Shown here: positions 13,547 to 24,975 of the stretch, one piece after another
Layout of the letters: the number at the start of each line of letters is the position of its first letter
Numbering within the stretch: position 1 is the stretch's first letter
Assembly (NCBI RefSeq): GCF_006345805.1
Contig: NC_042997.1
Coordinates: forward strand, 115,196,001-115,260,000
Direction of reading: 5' to 3'
Source of the DNA: Octopus sinensis
Lineage: Eukaryota
Length of the DNA: 64,000 nucleotides
Position numbers and translations under genes: made by a program
The notes under the pieces: generated by a model
What the model was told of the DNA's origin: nothing
Databases searched by the model: none
What the model saw: the letters and a program-made list of their open reading frames with translations, nothing else

Positions 13547-13964
13547 GGATCTTTTCGGTTTGAACGGCAGTTTTTAACAATTTCTAGGTAACTAAAAAAT
13601 TTTTAACTTCGTATACTGGTAGAATGTGTTTATAAAACATCTTTTTCTCTTCGCTTTATTGAAAAAATTCTATGGTTTGTAAGATATTTATTGTTGTTTT
13701 TCTTCAATTTCTGCAATTTCAACCAATCAATGACGTCCATTGAGGTGAAAAACATTCTGTGCCGTATGAATATGTCCCTCGTTTAAGAAACAGATTGGGT
13801 TTATTTACATTTCTGAAGAAAAAAGATACCCTTCCCCCACCCCTAACCCTAACCCTGACCCTAAAACATTGAAATGCAATAGATTGAAACTAGGGTCATA
13901 ATTATGGGTGACAATTTCATATGACACCGCTAGAAAAAACTGCCGTTCAAACCGAAAAGATTCC
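13547..13964. mobile_element. Related MITE with GG termini and 8-bp TSD
   Basis: TIR GGATCTTTTCGGTTTGAACGGCAG; TSD CAGCAATG at 13539-46 and 13965-72. Confidence 0.85.
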
Positions 13965-14349
13965 CAGCAATGAACTATTATTTTATTGATCGACCTCGAA
14001 AGGATTAACGGAAAAGTTGACTTCATGGAGATTGGAGCTCAAAACCTGAACGAATGCTGTAAAGGCATTCTGGTCGACGCTAATCGCTTCGTTACATACA
14101 TGCTACATCTGCCATATATACTATATTTTCGTCCCTTGGGTATTTGTTGGCTGATCTGTGGTGGTGACTAGTTGAGTCGATGAATGAAAATTTGTTTCTT
14201 GAGCTGCATGAACTGAACAACACCCACAAACATTTAACGGAAAATTTTATTGTCGCACATCAAGACAAACTGCACTTGTCTTTCACAAATCACAACAAAT
14301 ACACATTATTTACATTTGACGGATAGTTGTCCTCATCTTGTTTGTTGTT

Positions 14350-14395
14350 AACACAACGTTTCGGCTGATATATTCTCCAGCCTTCATCAGGTATC
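14350..14395 (-). ncRNA. Minimal type I hammerhead ribozyme motif (core intact)
   Basis: Minus strand reads GAUAC-CUGAUGA-A-GGCUG..CAGCC-GAA-ACGU-U-GUGUU: stem I, catalytic core, stem II, palindromic stem III. Confidence 0.65.
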
Positions 14396-14737
14396 TTGCG
14401 GAAATTTCGAACCTGGGTTCTCATTCCTAAGGTATTTTTCTATGTTATTATTATTATTAAGGTTACTGCCTAGAATCGAACTCAGAATCTTAGGGTTAGT
14501 AGCTACGCCATATGCCCATGGGCAATTATGGAGTGAATTTTAGGGCTTATAAATCTAATTGTAATTTAATAGCCCTAAAATTCACTCCATAATTCACTCC
14601 ACGGTCATATGGCGTAGTGGTTAAGAGCGGGGGCTACTAACCCCCAAAATTCCGAGTTCGATTCCAGGCCTGAATAATACCTTAGTATTATCGAAAATAC
14701 CTTAGTAATGAGAACCCAGGTTCGAAATTTCCCCCAA

Positions 14738-14783
14738 GACACCTGATGAAGGCTGGAGGGTATAACAGCCGAAATGTTGTGTT
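14738..14783 (+). ncRNA. Minimal type I hammerhead ribozyme motif (stem III ACGT changed to ATGT)
   Basis: GACAC-CTGATGA-A-GGCTG..CAGCC-GAA-ATGT-T-GTGTT. Confidence 0.55.
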
Positions 14784-15827
14784 AACAACAAACAAGATGA
14801 GGACAAATATCCGTCAGATGTAAACAATGTAAATAATTCCTCGTCTCTTAAATATAGAACTGCACAACAATTATGACATACTGGAGAGATATTATGTTTG
14901 GAGTATACGGCCAGCTACTGATACAGTAACATATGGTTGGCCCAACGTAAGTGGAAACAGTTGGCAAAGGAGCTTCCAGGTAATCTGTCTGAGCTGTCTG
15001 GTGTGGCAAGAATTAACTACCGCCAAAAGTGGTTTCTTATACTGCACAAGATGATTCTGGAAGATTGAATCGCGCGGTGTACACGGCCCTATAGTATTTA
15101 TTTATTGACAGCAAAACAAAGCGTAAATGGGTCGGAATTAGGCCCCTAGACCTGAGGAATCATTGATCAACTGCCCAGTTTACCCATGCCTTTTGACGTT
15201 TTGACGTTTGTAAGTCAGTGAGATGAATGAGAAATGAACTTTGGAAGTTGAAATCCAGACAACTCAACATGCCAGAAATGTATATATTTTCTATCCTGGC
15301 GCACGTCGCTATTTGCCACCAACAAACTGAACGAGGTGATTCCATATGGTAATTTTACTTACTAGAGATAGTAGCCAAACCTCTCACTCCTATCATCTTA
15401 GAGAGGAACAAACTGAATAATGCGATCCTGGGTTATTTACACACAGGATAAAGGCGAAATAATCGTAGTTGGAATGTCTTCGATCACAATGGATATGCAA
15501 GATCGAAGCTGAGCGGAAGTTAAATAACAATATTAATTATTAATTTATAAACAAAGTTATAAATTTTGGATAAATATACTGTCGATTAAAATCTGAGCTT
15601 AGTACTTCCGATGCTGACAAAATCTTTTTTTTTTTTCGGCACTGGAAGGATAACAAGTAAAGTTGGTCTCTGCATTTGATTTCAGAAAGTAAAGTGTTAT
15701 ATCTATTGACTAATCAATGACTGTATCCATCTCTCGTCCTGTTGCTAAATAATTACTTCTAACATAGGCACAAGGCTAGAAATTAAGAGGGGTGGTATCG
15801 ATTAAATCGGCTCCAGCCGATTAAATA

Positions 15828-15989
15828 GGCGCAGGAGTGGCTGTAAGGTAAGTAGCTAGCTTACCAATCACATGGTTCCGGGTTCAGTCCCACTGCGTGG
15901 TACCTTGGACATGTGTCTTCTACTATAGCCTCGGGCTGACCAAAGCCTTGTGAGTGGATTTGGTAGACGGAAACTGAAAATAGTCTATC

Positions 15990-16084
<95 letters not shown>

Positions 16085-16296
16085 TTATGTGTCTGTGTTT
16101 CCCCCCACTCAACATCGCTCGACAACCGATGCTGGTGTGTTTACGTCCCCGTAACTTAGCGGTTCGGCAGAAAGAGAACGATAGAATAAGCACTAGGCTT
16201 ACAAACAATAATTCCTGGGGTCGATTTGCTCGACTAAAGGCGGTGCTCCGGCATGGCCGCAGTCAAATGACTGAAACAAGTAAAAGAGTAAAGAGA
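15828..16296 (+). mobile_element. SINE family A with expanded (TA)n core
   Basis: Full head ggcgcaggagtggctg through tail gtaaaagagtaaaagag. Confidence 0.85.
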
Positions 16297-17436
16297 GCGT
16301 TTCACTAGCGTTTTATTTTATGGACTCTGGAGTGATGAAAAGGAAAATTGACCTCAGCGGGATTTGAACTCAAGAAGTAAAATGCCACAATACTGCAAAA
16401 CGTTTGTCAATGCTCACTCACTGACGGCCAATCGACCGCCATCTTACTGAAAAGCAAGCGAACAAGTAATGACCAGATTTCCCATTAGGTGTTTTTACCG
16501 TCGTTAATAAAATGCCAATTGTTTATAATCAATCCTGGCCTGAAGCTCAAGAATTCTAAATGCTTGGCAAAGATAAAATTAGCATCAATATGTTTAATGT
16601 ATGAAGCATTAATTAATAAGCTAATTAACCGATGCTGAAAGTCTCTTTAGAAGTAACGCAGTATTCAATAACGTAAGAGCATGGATGTTCGACTGAACAG
16701 GAAGGATATGGATTATAATATGACGCAGAAATATCCATGAATAAGGAACTCGATGGGCGAATTCACCCGTTTAAGTTGTCGTAAAGCCTCAGCTGAATCC
16801 TGATTGAGCATCCATCTGATAAAAGACATCCCAACCATAACCACCTCGTCTTAGCTGTTTGTAGGATCGCATTATTAAATATGTCCACTTGGTATATAAG
16901 ATGTTATATAGACAGCGAGGTGGTAGAATTGGTAGTAGGTATGATTAAAATGCTTATTGTCATATTTTCCGTCCCTACGTTCTGAGTTCGATTCCGTCGA
17001 AGTCGACTTTGCCTTTCATTCTTTCGGGATCGATAAAACAAGTACCAGTTGAGCACTGAGGTCGACGTAATCGACTTAACTCTTACCCTCGAAGTTGCTG
17101 GACTTGTTCCAAAATTAGAAAGAATTATTTAAGATGGTAGGATGCAATTTTCTGGAATTTTAGTTGCTATTCCTACGAGGTCGTGTAACCAAAGACTTCG
17201 TTATTGTTTAGAACTAAATCAAGATTTTAAAAAAACCCATTCCAGCCGCCATTATTTGTCTTTATTTTTATTATCACAAACGTATCTGAGGGCAATTTGG
17301 CTGCTATTTCAAAGCGTGGGGGAGGGCGACCTCATAGAGAATCATTCATTGGAAACAATATCGCTATAATTTATTGGTTTTCAGTATGAAATTAAATTTG
17401 TCTATCAGAGAAAACTAACAAGAGACTTAACTCTCA

Positions 17437-17748
17437 GGTACTACTTAAGAAGAGTGGTCCCGGTGCGCGCACTCGCGTATCCGCGCTAGCTAGTCGTGAC
17501 TGGTCGATCCTTACTTTGTGTTTTTGTGTTTTATTTACTTTGTTTTGAAAACATGAATTACTTTGTGTAAAAAAAATGATTTATTTTGTGTTTTATTTAC
17601 TTTGTTTTGAAAACATTAATTACTTTGTGTAAAAAAAATGATTTATTTTGTGTTTTATTTACTTTGCTAAGTAGTCGTTGTAGGATCGAGTAGTCACGAC
17701 TAGCTAGCGCGAGTGCGCGCACCGGGACGACTCTTCTTAAGTAGTACC
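17437..17748. mobile_element. MITE with about 60-bp GG-initiated TIRs, 9-bp TSD and an internal 62-bp tandem repeat (Merlin- or Mutator-like)
   Basis: TSD TAACTCTCA at 17428-36 and 17749-57; TIR GGTACTACTTAAGAAGAGT; repeat period 62 at 17522, 17584 and 17646. Confidence 0.85.
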
Positions 17749-18171
17749 TAACTCTCATACGTCTAACCGTTACAGAAACCAGGGTTAAGCACCGGCTTTG
17801 CGAATATTTGTGGCTAATCATTAGAATTATGTACAAACCCGAACGAATAAACGGAGAACATTTTCACTTCTAAATTATTCGCCACAGAAGATATTTAATT
17901 TGTAAAGCTTTTGTTTACTGTTTCTTTTTTAATGTAACGTTTGTTTGCTGTATTGTGGATGTTTCTCCCCTTCCCCACCAATAAATTCGAATTATATTGA
18001 GTAAATAAAATTTAATGATGGAAATTGTACAAGAATGCAATATTGCGAATGATCGGTTTCGGCACTTCAAAAATTGTTGCCCCACTGATCATCCGTAATC
18101 GGTGTATTCAATTGTAGTCTACTCGCTCGCTAACTAAGATGACACGTTAAGAACCGGGATTGGTTAATACG

Positions 18172-18174
18172 AGC

Positions 18175-18205
<31 letters not shown>

Positions 18206-18625
18206 AACAAGTTAATAAATATGATGAAGATGGAGAGAGAGAGAGTGAGGGAGTCTGACAAAGAGAAGAGCCAGGCGGAGTGAGACGGTGATGTGAGAGA
18301 CGGAGTAAGTGGAAAGAGAGAGTAAGTAAGAAAGAAAAAGAGACAGAGGGCGGTAATCAGAGAGGGAGTAAGATAGGAAAAGGAAGCCGAAACGCTGGGA
18401 GAGAGACAGGCTGAAGGGAGAATGAGAATAATTCTAAAGGGAAAGAGAAAGAGAGGATGAGACAGAGATAAAGGGAAAATAAGAGAGACTTAGTTTGACA
18501 GAGAGAGTGAATGGATAAGAGTCAGGTAGAAGAGCCGGAGAGATAGAGAAGGGGATAGCAAGAAAGAAAGAGAGAATAGGAATCGGGAGGAAAAATAGAT
18601 AGGTAGATAGACAGAAAGAGAAAAG
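18172..18625. repeat. Purine-rich (GA) low-complexity tract
   Basis: (GA)n and degenerate GA/AAG repeats. Confidence 0.8.
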
Positions 18626-19665
18626 GTATGCGTTATAAGATGTAAAATTTCCAAACGCAGTTTTTTTATTCAGTTGGCATTTTATTTCTGTGTCGCTAAA
18701 ATACTCCCAGAAAGACAGGAACCCCAATGAATCTTATTTCCTCGTCCTTATAAACCTGAAACCATTTTCCTGTTGATCGATTCTGTTAGTAGAATTCAAC
18801 ACACCTTTTTGCTTTTTTTAAAAAATTCCTAGTTAAAATCTCTCAGTAAATATGTAACATAAAAGAAATGAACTCAAAGGCAGGCTTTCATATACAGTCT
18901 TCCCTTGAAATTAGGCCCATGGAATGAAAATAAAAACTTCCTTCAAACGAATATTACTTAGACAAAGCGACGAGGTCCTTAATCAAACGTTATTTTAAAT
19001 GCTTTTTCAGTAATTTTTTTTTAATGATTTAGTCAGATGTGGAAGAGAGCATCCAAAACATGTAGCAGAAAACCTTCGATATTTGTAAAGGAAATAGTAA
19101 AAGAAATTGCGCTGAAGCAACAATGAATGGGTTGTTGTTTGTTCCAGGTCAGTGTCGTCTTAGGCCTGGGGTCCTCATAGGTCTAGAGGCCTAAAGCTAA
19201 TTGATGAACACTATGCCTTACGGTCAAATAAATATTACTATCGGGCCCAGTGCATTGGTTTGCCCGGGTACCTATAATGCTGCTAAACGGCCCCATCCCT
19301 TGATCAACTAACTCTGTTGGACACTTTATAATAATCCTTTCACAAGGCCTAAAATTTTGTGGGAGGGGTCTAGTTAATTGCAGCGACTCCAATGTGCAAT
19401 GTAAAGGATGAAGGGCAAAGTTGACCTTGGCAGAATTTGAATTCAGTACTTAAAGGAACGGATGAAATGCCGCTAAGCATTTTGTCTGGCATGCTAACGA
19501 TTCAGTCAACTCGCTGCCTTACTTTTGATAATGATCATGTGGTGTAGCATGAAATTTGGCTGCTCCCTTCCTGGTCAATGCCAGTGTTGCATGTCCGGCT
19601 CGTTTAAGAGAACCCTTCATGCGTCGGGTGATAAGATATACTTGAGAAGACCTGTTGAGTCAAGT

Positions 19666-21195
19666 TAATGTTCGTCCTTCGGTTCGAAGATGACCAACTG
19701 ACATCATCTGATGGAACTGCCGCCATGAGACCGGAGGTGGCTGGTGAGGCCAATCCGGGCAAGGAAGCCCCTCCCACAGGTGGGGCAGAAGTGGGTAGGG
19801 GCAGTGCTACTGGTGCAGGCGGCTCTGACTTTACGCATCTGACGTTTCTGCTCCGCTGACCGAATCCGTCCCTCCTCGGCTGTCCCTGCTCCCACGGTGA
19901 TTGCGCTGTGCCAGGATGAGCGGTTGGCAGCAAGTGTCTCCCAGGTCTCTGTTCCGATGGAGAAGTCTTTGAGAGAGACCTTGAGACTATCCTTGTAGCG
20001 CTTTTTCTGCCCTCCGACTTTGCGCCTGCCCTGGCCGAGTTCACCGTAGAAGAGCTGTTTTGGGATGCGAGTGTCGGACATGCGGGAGACGTGGCCCGCC
20101 CATCTCAGCTGGGCCTTGCGCATGATTGTGATGGTGCTAGGGAGATCTGCCTGCTTCAGAACTTCCGTGTCTGGGACTTTGTCCTGCCAGCGGATGTGAA
20201 GGAGATTCCGAAGACACCTGAGATGGAAGGGATTTATCTGGCGCTCGTGCCTTCGGTAAGCAGTCCACGTTTCGCAGCCGTATAGTAGAGTGGTAAGCAC
20301 GACTGCCCGGTAGACTTTCAGCTTGGTGTTGAGGCTGATTCCTCTCCGCTCCCAGACTTTCTTTCGCAGTCTCCCAAACGCGCTGCTTGCCTTGGAGATT
20401 CTGTTGATGGTTTCAGCATCTATGTTGGCATTGCAGGAGAGAGTGCTGCCCAGGTAGGTGAAGTTTTCCACCACTCGTAAGATCCGTCCGTTCACCCTTA
20501 TCTGAGGCTCATGGTATTGTTTGCCGGGGGCTGGCTGAAACATCACTTCGGTTTTCTTTGCACTGATGGTGAGACCGAAGTTGTCACAGGCTGATGAGAA
20601 CCTGTCCATCTCGAGCTGCATCTCCTGCTCATCGATTGCATTAAGGGCGCAGTCGTCAGCAAAGAGAAAGTCTCTGACGACTGTCTCCCTCACCTTTGTG
20701 ACAGCCTGCAATCTCCTGGAGTTGAAAAGTTTCCCGTCTGTCCTGTACTTGATGTTGATACCGGACTTGCAGTCCCTAAAGGCGTCGGACATCATTGCCG
20801 AGAACATGATGCTGAACAGTGTTGGGGCCAGGACACAGCCCTGCCTGACTCCGTTGGTCACCTGGAAGGCTTCAGATGAGTCGCCGTCCTCAAGGATTCT
20901 GGCTGTCATTCCGTCGTGGAACTGGCGGACAATTGCAATAAATTTGCTGGGGCAACCAAATTTTCCCATGACCTTCCATAGTCCCTCCCGACTGACTGTA
21001 TCAAAGGCCTTGGTGAGGTCAACAAAGGTCATGCAGAGGTCAAGGTGCTGCTCCATGCATTTCTCCTGGAGCTGGCGGGCGGCGAATATCATGTCAGTGG
21101 TCCCTCGACCCGCACGGAAGCCACACTGGCTCTCAGGGAGAAGGCCTTGCTCCAAGTGTTCCAGAAGGCGGTCAAGCAGGACCCGGGCCAGGATC
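19666..21195 (-). mobile_element. Young 5'-truncated BovB-like RTE LINE with 11-bp TSD
   Basis: Uninterrupted 483-aa RT ORF (19704-21155; QCGFR, KAFD, FADD, C-terminal C2H2 finger). TSD TTGAGTCAAGT at 19655-65 and 21196-206. Confidence 0.95.
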
Positions 21196-22870
21196 TTGAG
21201 TCAAGTAAAACCAATATCGTAGCAGTGACCAGTACCCCTGACTGGCTTCCATGCTGGTGGCATGTAAAATGCACCATCTGAATGTGGTTGATGCCAGGTC
21301 TGCTTGAAAGGCTCCTGTGCCACTGGCACGTAAAAGGTACCATCCGAACATGGTTGATGCCAGTGCCCTGCTGACTGGCTCCTATACCATTGGCATGTAA
21401 AAAACACCATCCGTTCATGGTCGATGTCAGGTCCACCTGACTGGCTCCTACGCTGGTGGCATGTAAAAAGCACCCAACTATACTCTCAGAGTGGTTGGCA
21501 TTAGGAAAGGCATCCAGCAATGGAAACATTGCCAGATCAGATTAGAGCCTGGTGCAGCAGCTGGCTTTCCAGATCTCAGTCAAACCATCCAACCCATGCC
21601 AGCTTGGAAAGCAGACATTTAACGATGATGAAGATAATGATGATGCCCTTCCTGATGCCAACCACTTTACTGAGTGGACTTTGAGTAATATTACTAATCT
21701 TAGTGACATCTTTAGATTAGACATGCCTTTCCTCAGTTCTATAATTTACAGCTTTATTCTACTATCTGCTCTCTTGTTTGACTAATTGTAGTCCCATCCA
21801 CTTTGTATTACTTAATTACTGGTAATTCGAATTCAAAATTTCACTTTTTGATGACCTGTTGATTCGCCCCCAACAGGTCACTGTTCACTTCTATATTGGG
21901 TAAAGCCTGATGAGTTGAGTGCTGCATAACACATTACATACACCTATGGATGTTGTGCATACCATACCACATACCTGACTGTAGCATGTTTACGTCATAA
22001 TAAAGACTCTTAATTGTAGCAGTACCAGTTTTCTCATGGGCCAGCATCCAGGTTTTCAAACAGAATCATCCATGTGCACCAAGCCCGAAGGTTGCTAGGA
22101 GGCACAAGGCTTGCTTCATACCACACAGCCATGTCTACAACTATATCTATACAAGCGGTGAGCTGGCAGAAACATTAGCACGCCGGGCGAAATGCGTAGC
22201 CGTATTTCGTCTGCCGTTACGTTCTGAGTTCAAATTCCGCCGAGGTTGACTTTGCCTTTCATCCTTTCGGGGTCGATAAATTAAGTACCAGTTACACACT
22301 GGGGTTGATGTAATTGGCTTAATCTGTTTGTCTGTCCTTGTTTGTCCCCTCTGTGTTTAGCTCCATGTGGGTAGTAAAGAAATATGTATGTATACATGTG
22401 GTATATATATACAAAAGTAAACAAGAGAGACAGAGACAGGCAGAAACAAGGAAAATGCCCCTTGTACTCTGCAAATATTCTTTTAAAAAACTTTTAATTC
22501 AATTTTTCCAAAATTTAATTGTTTTCCATACTTAGAGCTGAAAAAGTCTCAATGACTGAAACCGGTACTGAAATGTTATTTATAAAATATTTTTAGCATT
22601 TTCTACCTTGACATTTTTTCGATATATACATGTATATATATTCTTTTATTTGTTTCATTCATTTGACTGCGGCTGTGCTGGAGCACCGCATTTAGTTGAA
22701 CAAATCAACCCTGGGACTTATTTTTTGTAAGCCTAGTACTTATTCTATAGTTCTCTTTTGCTGGACCACTAAGTTACAGGGACATAAGCACACTAACAAC
22801 GGTTGTCAATCAATGGTGATGGTGGGGGGGGGTGTAAACACAAACATATACATATATATGTATATATATA

Positions 22871-23215
22871 CTAGCAGTATCGCCCGGCATTGCTCGGGTT
22901 TGTTTCGACCCTTTAGAATTGGAATTTTTCAAAAGTAACGATTTTGCATTATGTAGCTTGTTATTCTCTTTCAGTGAACATTTTTCTGGTTGAAATACAC
23001 CTAAAAATGGTGACACAGCAGTAAAAAAATCGTAAAAAATAGGGATTTTCATAGAAAAAAAAAGTACCTTTTTGATGTAAATAATTTTTGGTGTTAACAT
23101 GGTCTGATTTGAATATTTTCTTCTACGAAAGGAAGAGCAAGCCTTCTATCATACTCTCAATTTTGGTCAACTTGCGCTGCAGGGTCACGGAGGAGATAGT
23201 GTTAGTTGAAGGCTA
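22871..23215 (-). mobile_element. Helitron-like copy inserted in the internal microsatellite of a SINE (SINE halves 22645-22870 and 23226-23393)
   Basis: The family sequence begins A|CTAG at 22871 and splits a family-A SINE. Confidence 0.7.
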
Positions 23216-23639
23216 CATATAAATATATAAAGACAGGCTTCTTTCAGTTTCTGTCTACCAAATCCACTCACAAAGGCTTTGGTTGGTCCAAGGCTATGGT
23301 AGAAGACACTTGCCCAAGGTGTCACATAGTGGGACTGAACCCAGAAACATGTGGTTGATAAGCAAGTCACTTACCACACAGCTACTCCTGTGCCTATATT
23401 TTAAAATATGGTGTTATGATGTTGAGGGCAGTATGGCTGCTATTTCTAGGAAGTCCAGTAACCACATTCAAGCTTTCTTGTGAATCTGTGATTATAGTGG
23501 TGATAGCTGTGGTCGTGGCAATTCAACACTTTCCAATACATTGATTGTTGGTGGCACATCAAAAGGTTTGATATGTAAACTATATGTATGTAACAATAAT
23601 AATGCGGATAACGATGATGTGGTAATAACGATTATCTGG

Positions 23640-24060
23640 GAGTTGGGTGGCATGTATGGATTGGTTAAAGACATAGCATGAACAAATGTTATAAGTAAAT
23701 CGTTGAGAATAACAAGATAACGATACGGTGGGATGTAATTGTGAAAAGCTGGATGTAATGGTTGTGAATAAAGAGGGGAAAAAAACCTGTGTAATCATCG
23801 ATGTTTCATGCTCTGCTGAAGACAGAATAATGGAAGAAGAAGAAGAAGAAGAAGAAGAAGAAGAAGAAGAAGAGAAGAAGAAGAAGAAGAAGAAGAAGAA
23901 GAAGAAGAGGCAGCGGCGGCAGCGGCGGCAGCGGCGGCAGCGGCGGCAGCGGCGGCAGCGGCGGCAGCGGCGGCAGCGGCGGCAGCGGCGGCAGCGGCGG
24001 CAGCAGCAGCAGCAGGAGGAGGAGGTTAGATTTGATGATTCGAAGTGGGAAATAAATAAG
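23640..24060 (+). mobile_element. R4/Dong-like (RLE-clade) non-LTR relic with a microsatellite expanded inside its coding remnant
   Basis: LDVMVVNKEGKKTCVIIDVSCSAEDRIMEE...[(GAA)n, (CGGCAG)n]...EEVRFDDSKWEI resembles the PD..IID..EK..KY..LKWEI endonuclease motif. Confidence 0.65.
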
Positions 24061-24070
24061 GATGTGCATT

Positions 24071-24975
24071 GTTTACATTAGATGGATATTTGTCTTCATC
24101 TTGTTTGTTGTTAATACAACGTTTCGGCTGATATACCCTCCAGCCTTCATCAGGTGTCATCACTACGCCATATGCCTGCCCACGGGCATATGGCTCAGTG
24201 GTTAAGAGTGCGGGCTACTAACTCCAAGATTCTGAGTTCGATTCCCGGCAGTGGCCTGAATAATAATAATAAAATGCCCTGATGCAGTACCAGGCAGTGG
24301 CTCTCATGGCTTCTGATCTTAACTGATTGGAAGTGTTATCATGTACATTGTTTTGTCTTGGTATAAAAGATGGGCTACAGCAAATATTCAGCTCAATACC
24401 ACAGTTTTGCTTGTCAGTTGTTTGACCTTAACCAGTTGAGCATGTCCTTTGGTGGCTGATGATATGTACATCTCTGACTACGAGCAGAAGTAGTGGGGAA
24501 GCATCATAGCCATGTGTTGAGAGGGATTCTTTGGGGTTTGAATAATTCACCCCTGGAAACATGGGTGTTTCATTCAACATCTTTAAACAACCCTTATTCA
24601 GGGACATTTTGAGCAAGATGGGTTACTCGACCAGAAGAAAATTGGGCCCCACCTGCAAGGTCATGTGCTGTTTATCTTGATATGAGATCACCATGTCGCA
24701 CACATATGGTTGTGATGCATGTGCCTAGTGTACCCTTATCAGACGGGTAGTCATGATGGGTATATTGGGCTTCATATATTTTACCCCAGTGTCACTTTGA
24801 TGGCATGCACTGCTCTCTCACTCAATAATAATAATAACATTTAAAAATACCTTAGGAATGAGAACCCAGGTTTGAAATTTCCCCAAGACACCTGATGAAG
24901 GCTGGAGGGTATATTAGCCAAAACATTTTGTTAACAACAAACAAATGAGGACAAACATTCGTCAAATGTAAACAA
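24071..24975. mobile_element. Second tRNA-head/hammerhead foldback composite, interrupted by another repeat (24272-24835)
   Basis: Inverted arms. Intact hammerhead core on the - strand at about 24112-24157; decayed core at about 24886-24930. Confidence 0.7.
24272..24835 (+). mobile_element. Interspersed repeat family E (LINE-3'-like, (AAT)n tail); second copy at 54765-55340
   Basis: Two about 560-bp copies align closely; this one is inserted in the (AAT)n tract of the foldback composite. Confidence 0.7.

Larger units (their letters stand above)
14303..14861. mobile_element. Foldback composite: two divergent tRNA-like heads each fused to a Penelope-type hammerhead-bearing terminus, around a central hairpin
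   Basis: Arms 14303-14524 and about 14600-14832 are inverted copies. Centre has perfect 24-bp arms (aattatggagtgaattttagggct). A box TGGCGTAGTGG at 14610-20 and B box AGTTCGATTCC at 14655-65. Confidence 0.8.

Noticed and set aside
14604-14672. tRNA gene calls for tRNA-like heads (anticodon-like loop CTACTAA)
   Set aside because: The acceptor stem is not formed and the heads are fused to repeat tails; they are SINE heads, not functional tRNA genes.
14870-15340. Protein-like stretches (LAQRKWKQLAKELPGNLSELSGVARINY; EVEIQTTQHARNVYIFYPG)
   Set aside because: Multiple stops and frameshifts and no family I can name; possibly an old TE relic. It needs a translated search.
17522-17667. Regular direct repeats, and the 41.9-42.3 kb array, as CRISPR-like arrays
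   Set aside because: No unique spacers, eukaryotic context, and both lie inside transposable elements.
20091-21222. Long + strand ORFs (e.g. 20566-21222, 218 aa) and - strand ORFs at 40447-41490
   Set aside because: They are antisense shadows of intact LINE reading frames.
21845-21915. TGATGA...CTGA with an internal 10-bp hairpin resembling a C/D snoRNA
   Set aside because: The C box lacks the leading purine, the terminal stem is poor, I recognise no rRNA-complementary guide, and there is no evident host intron.
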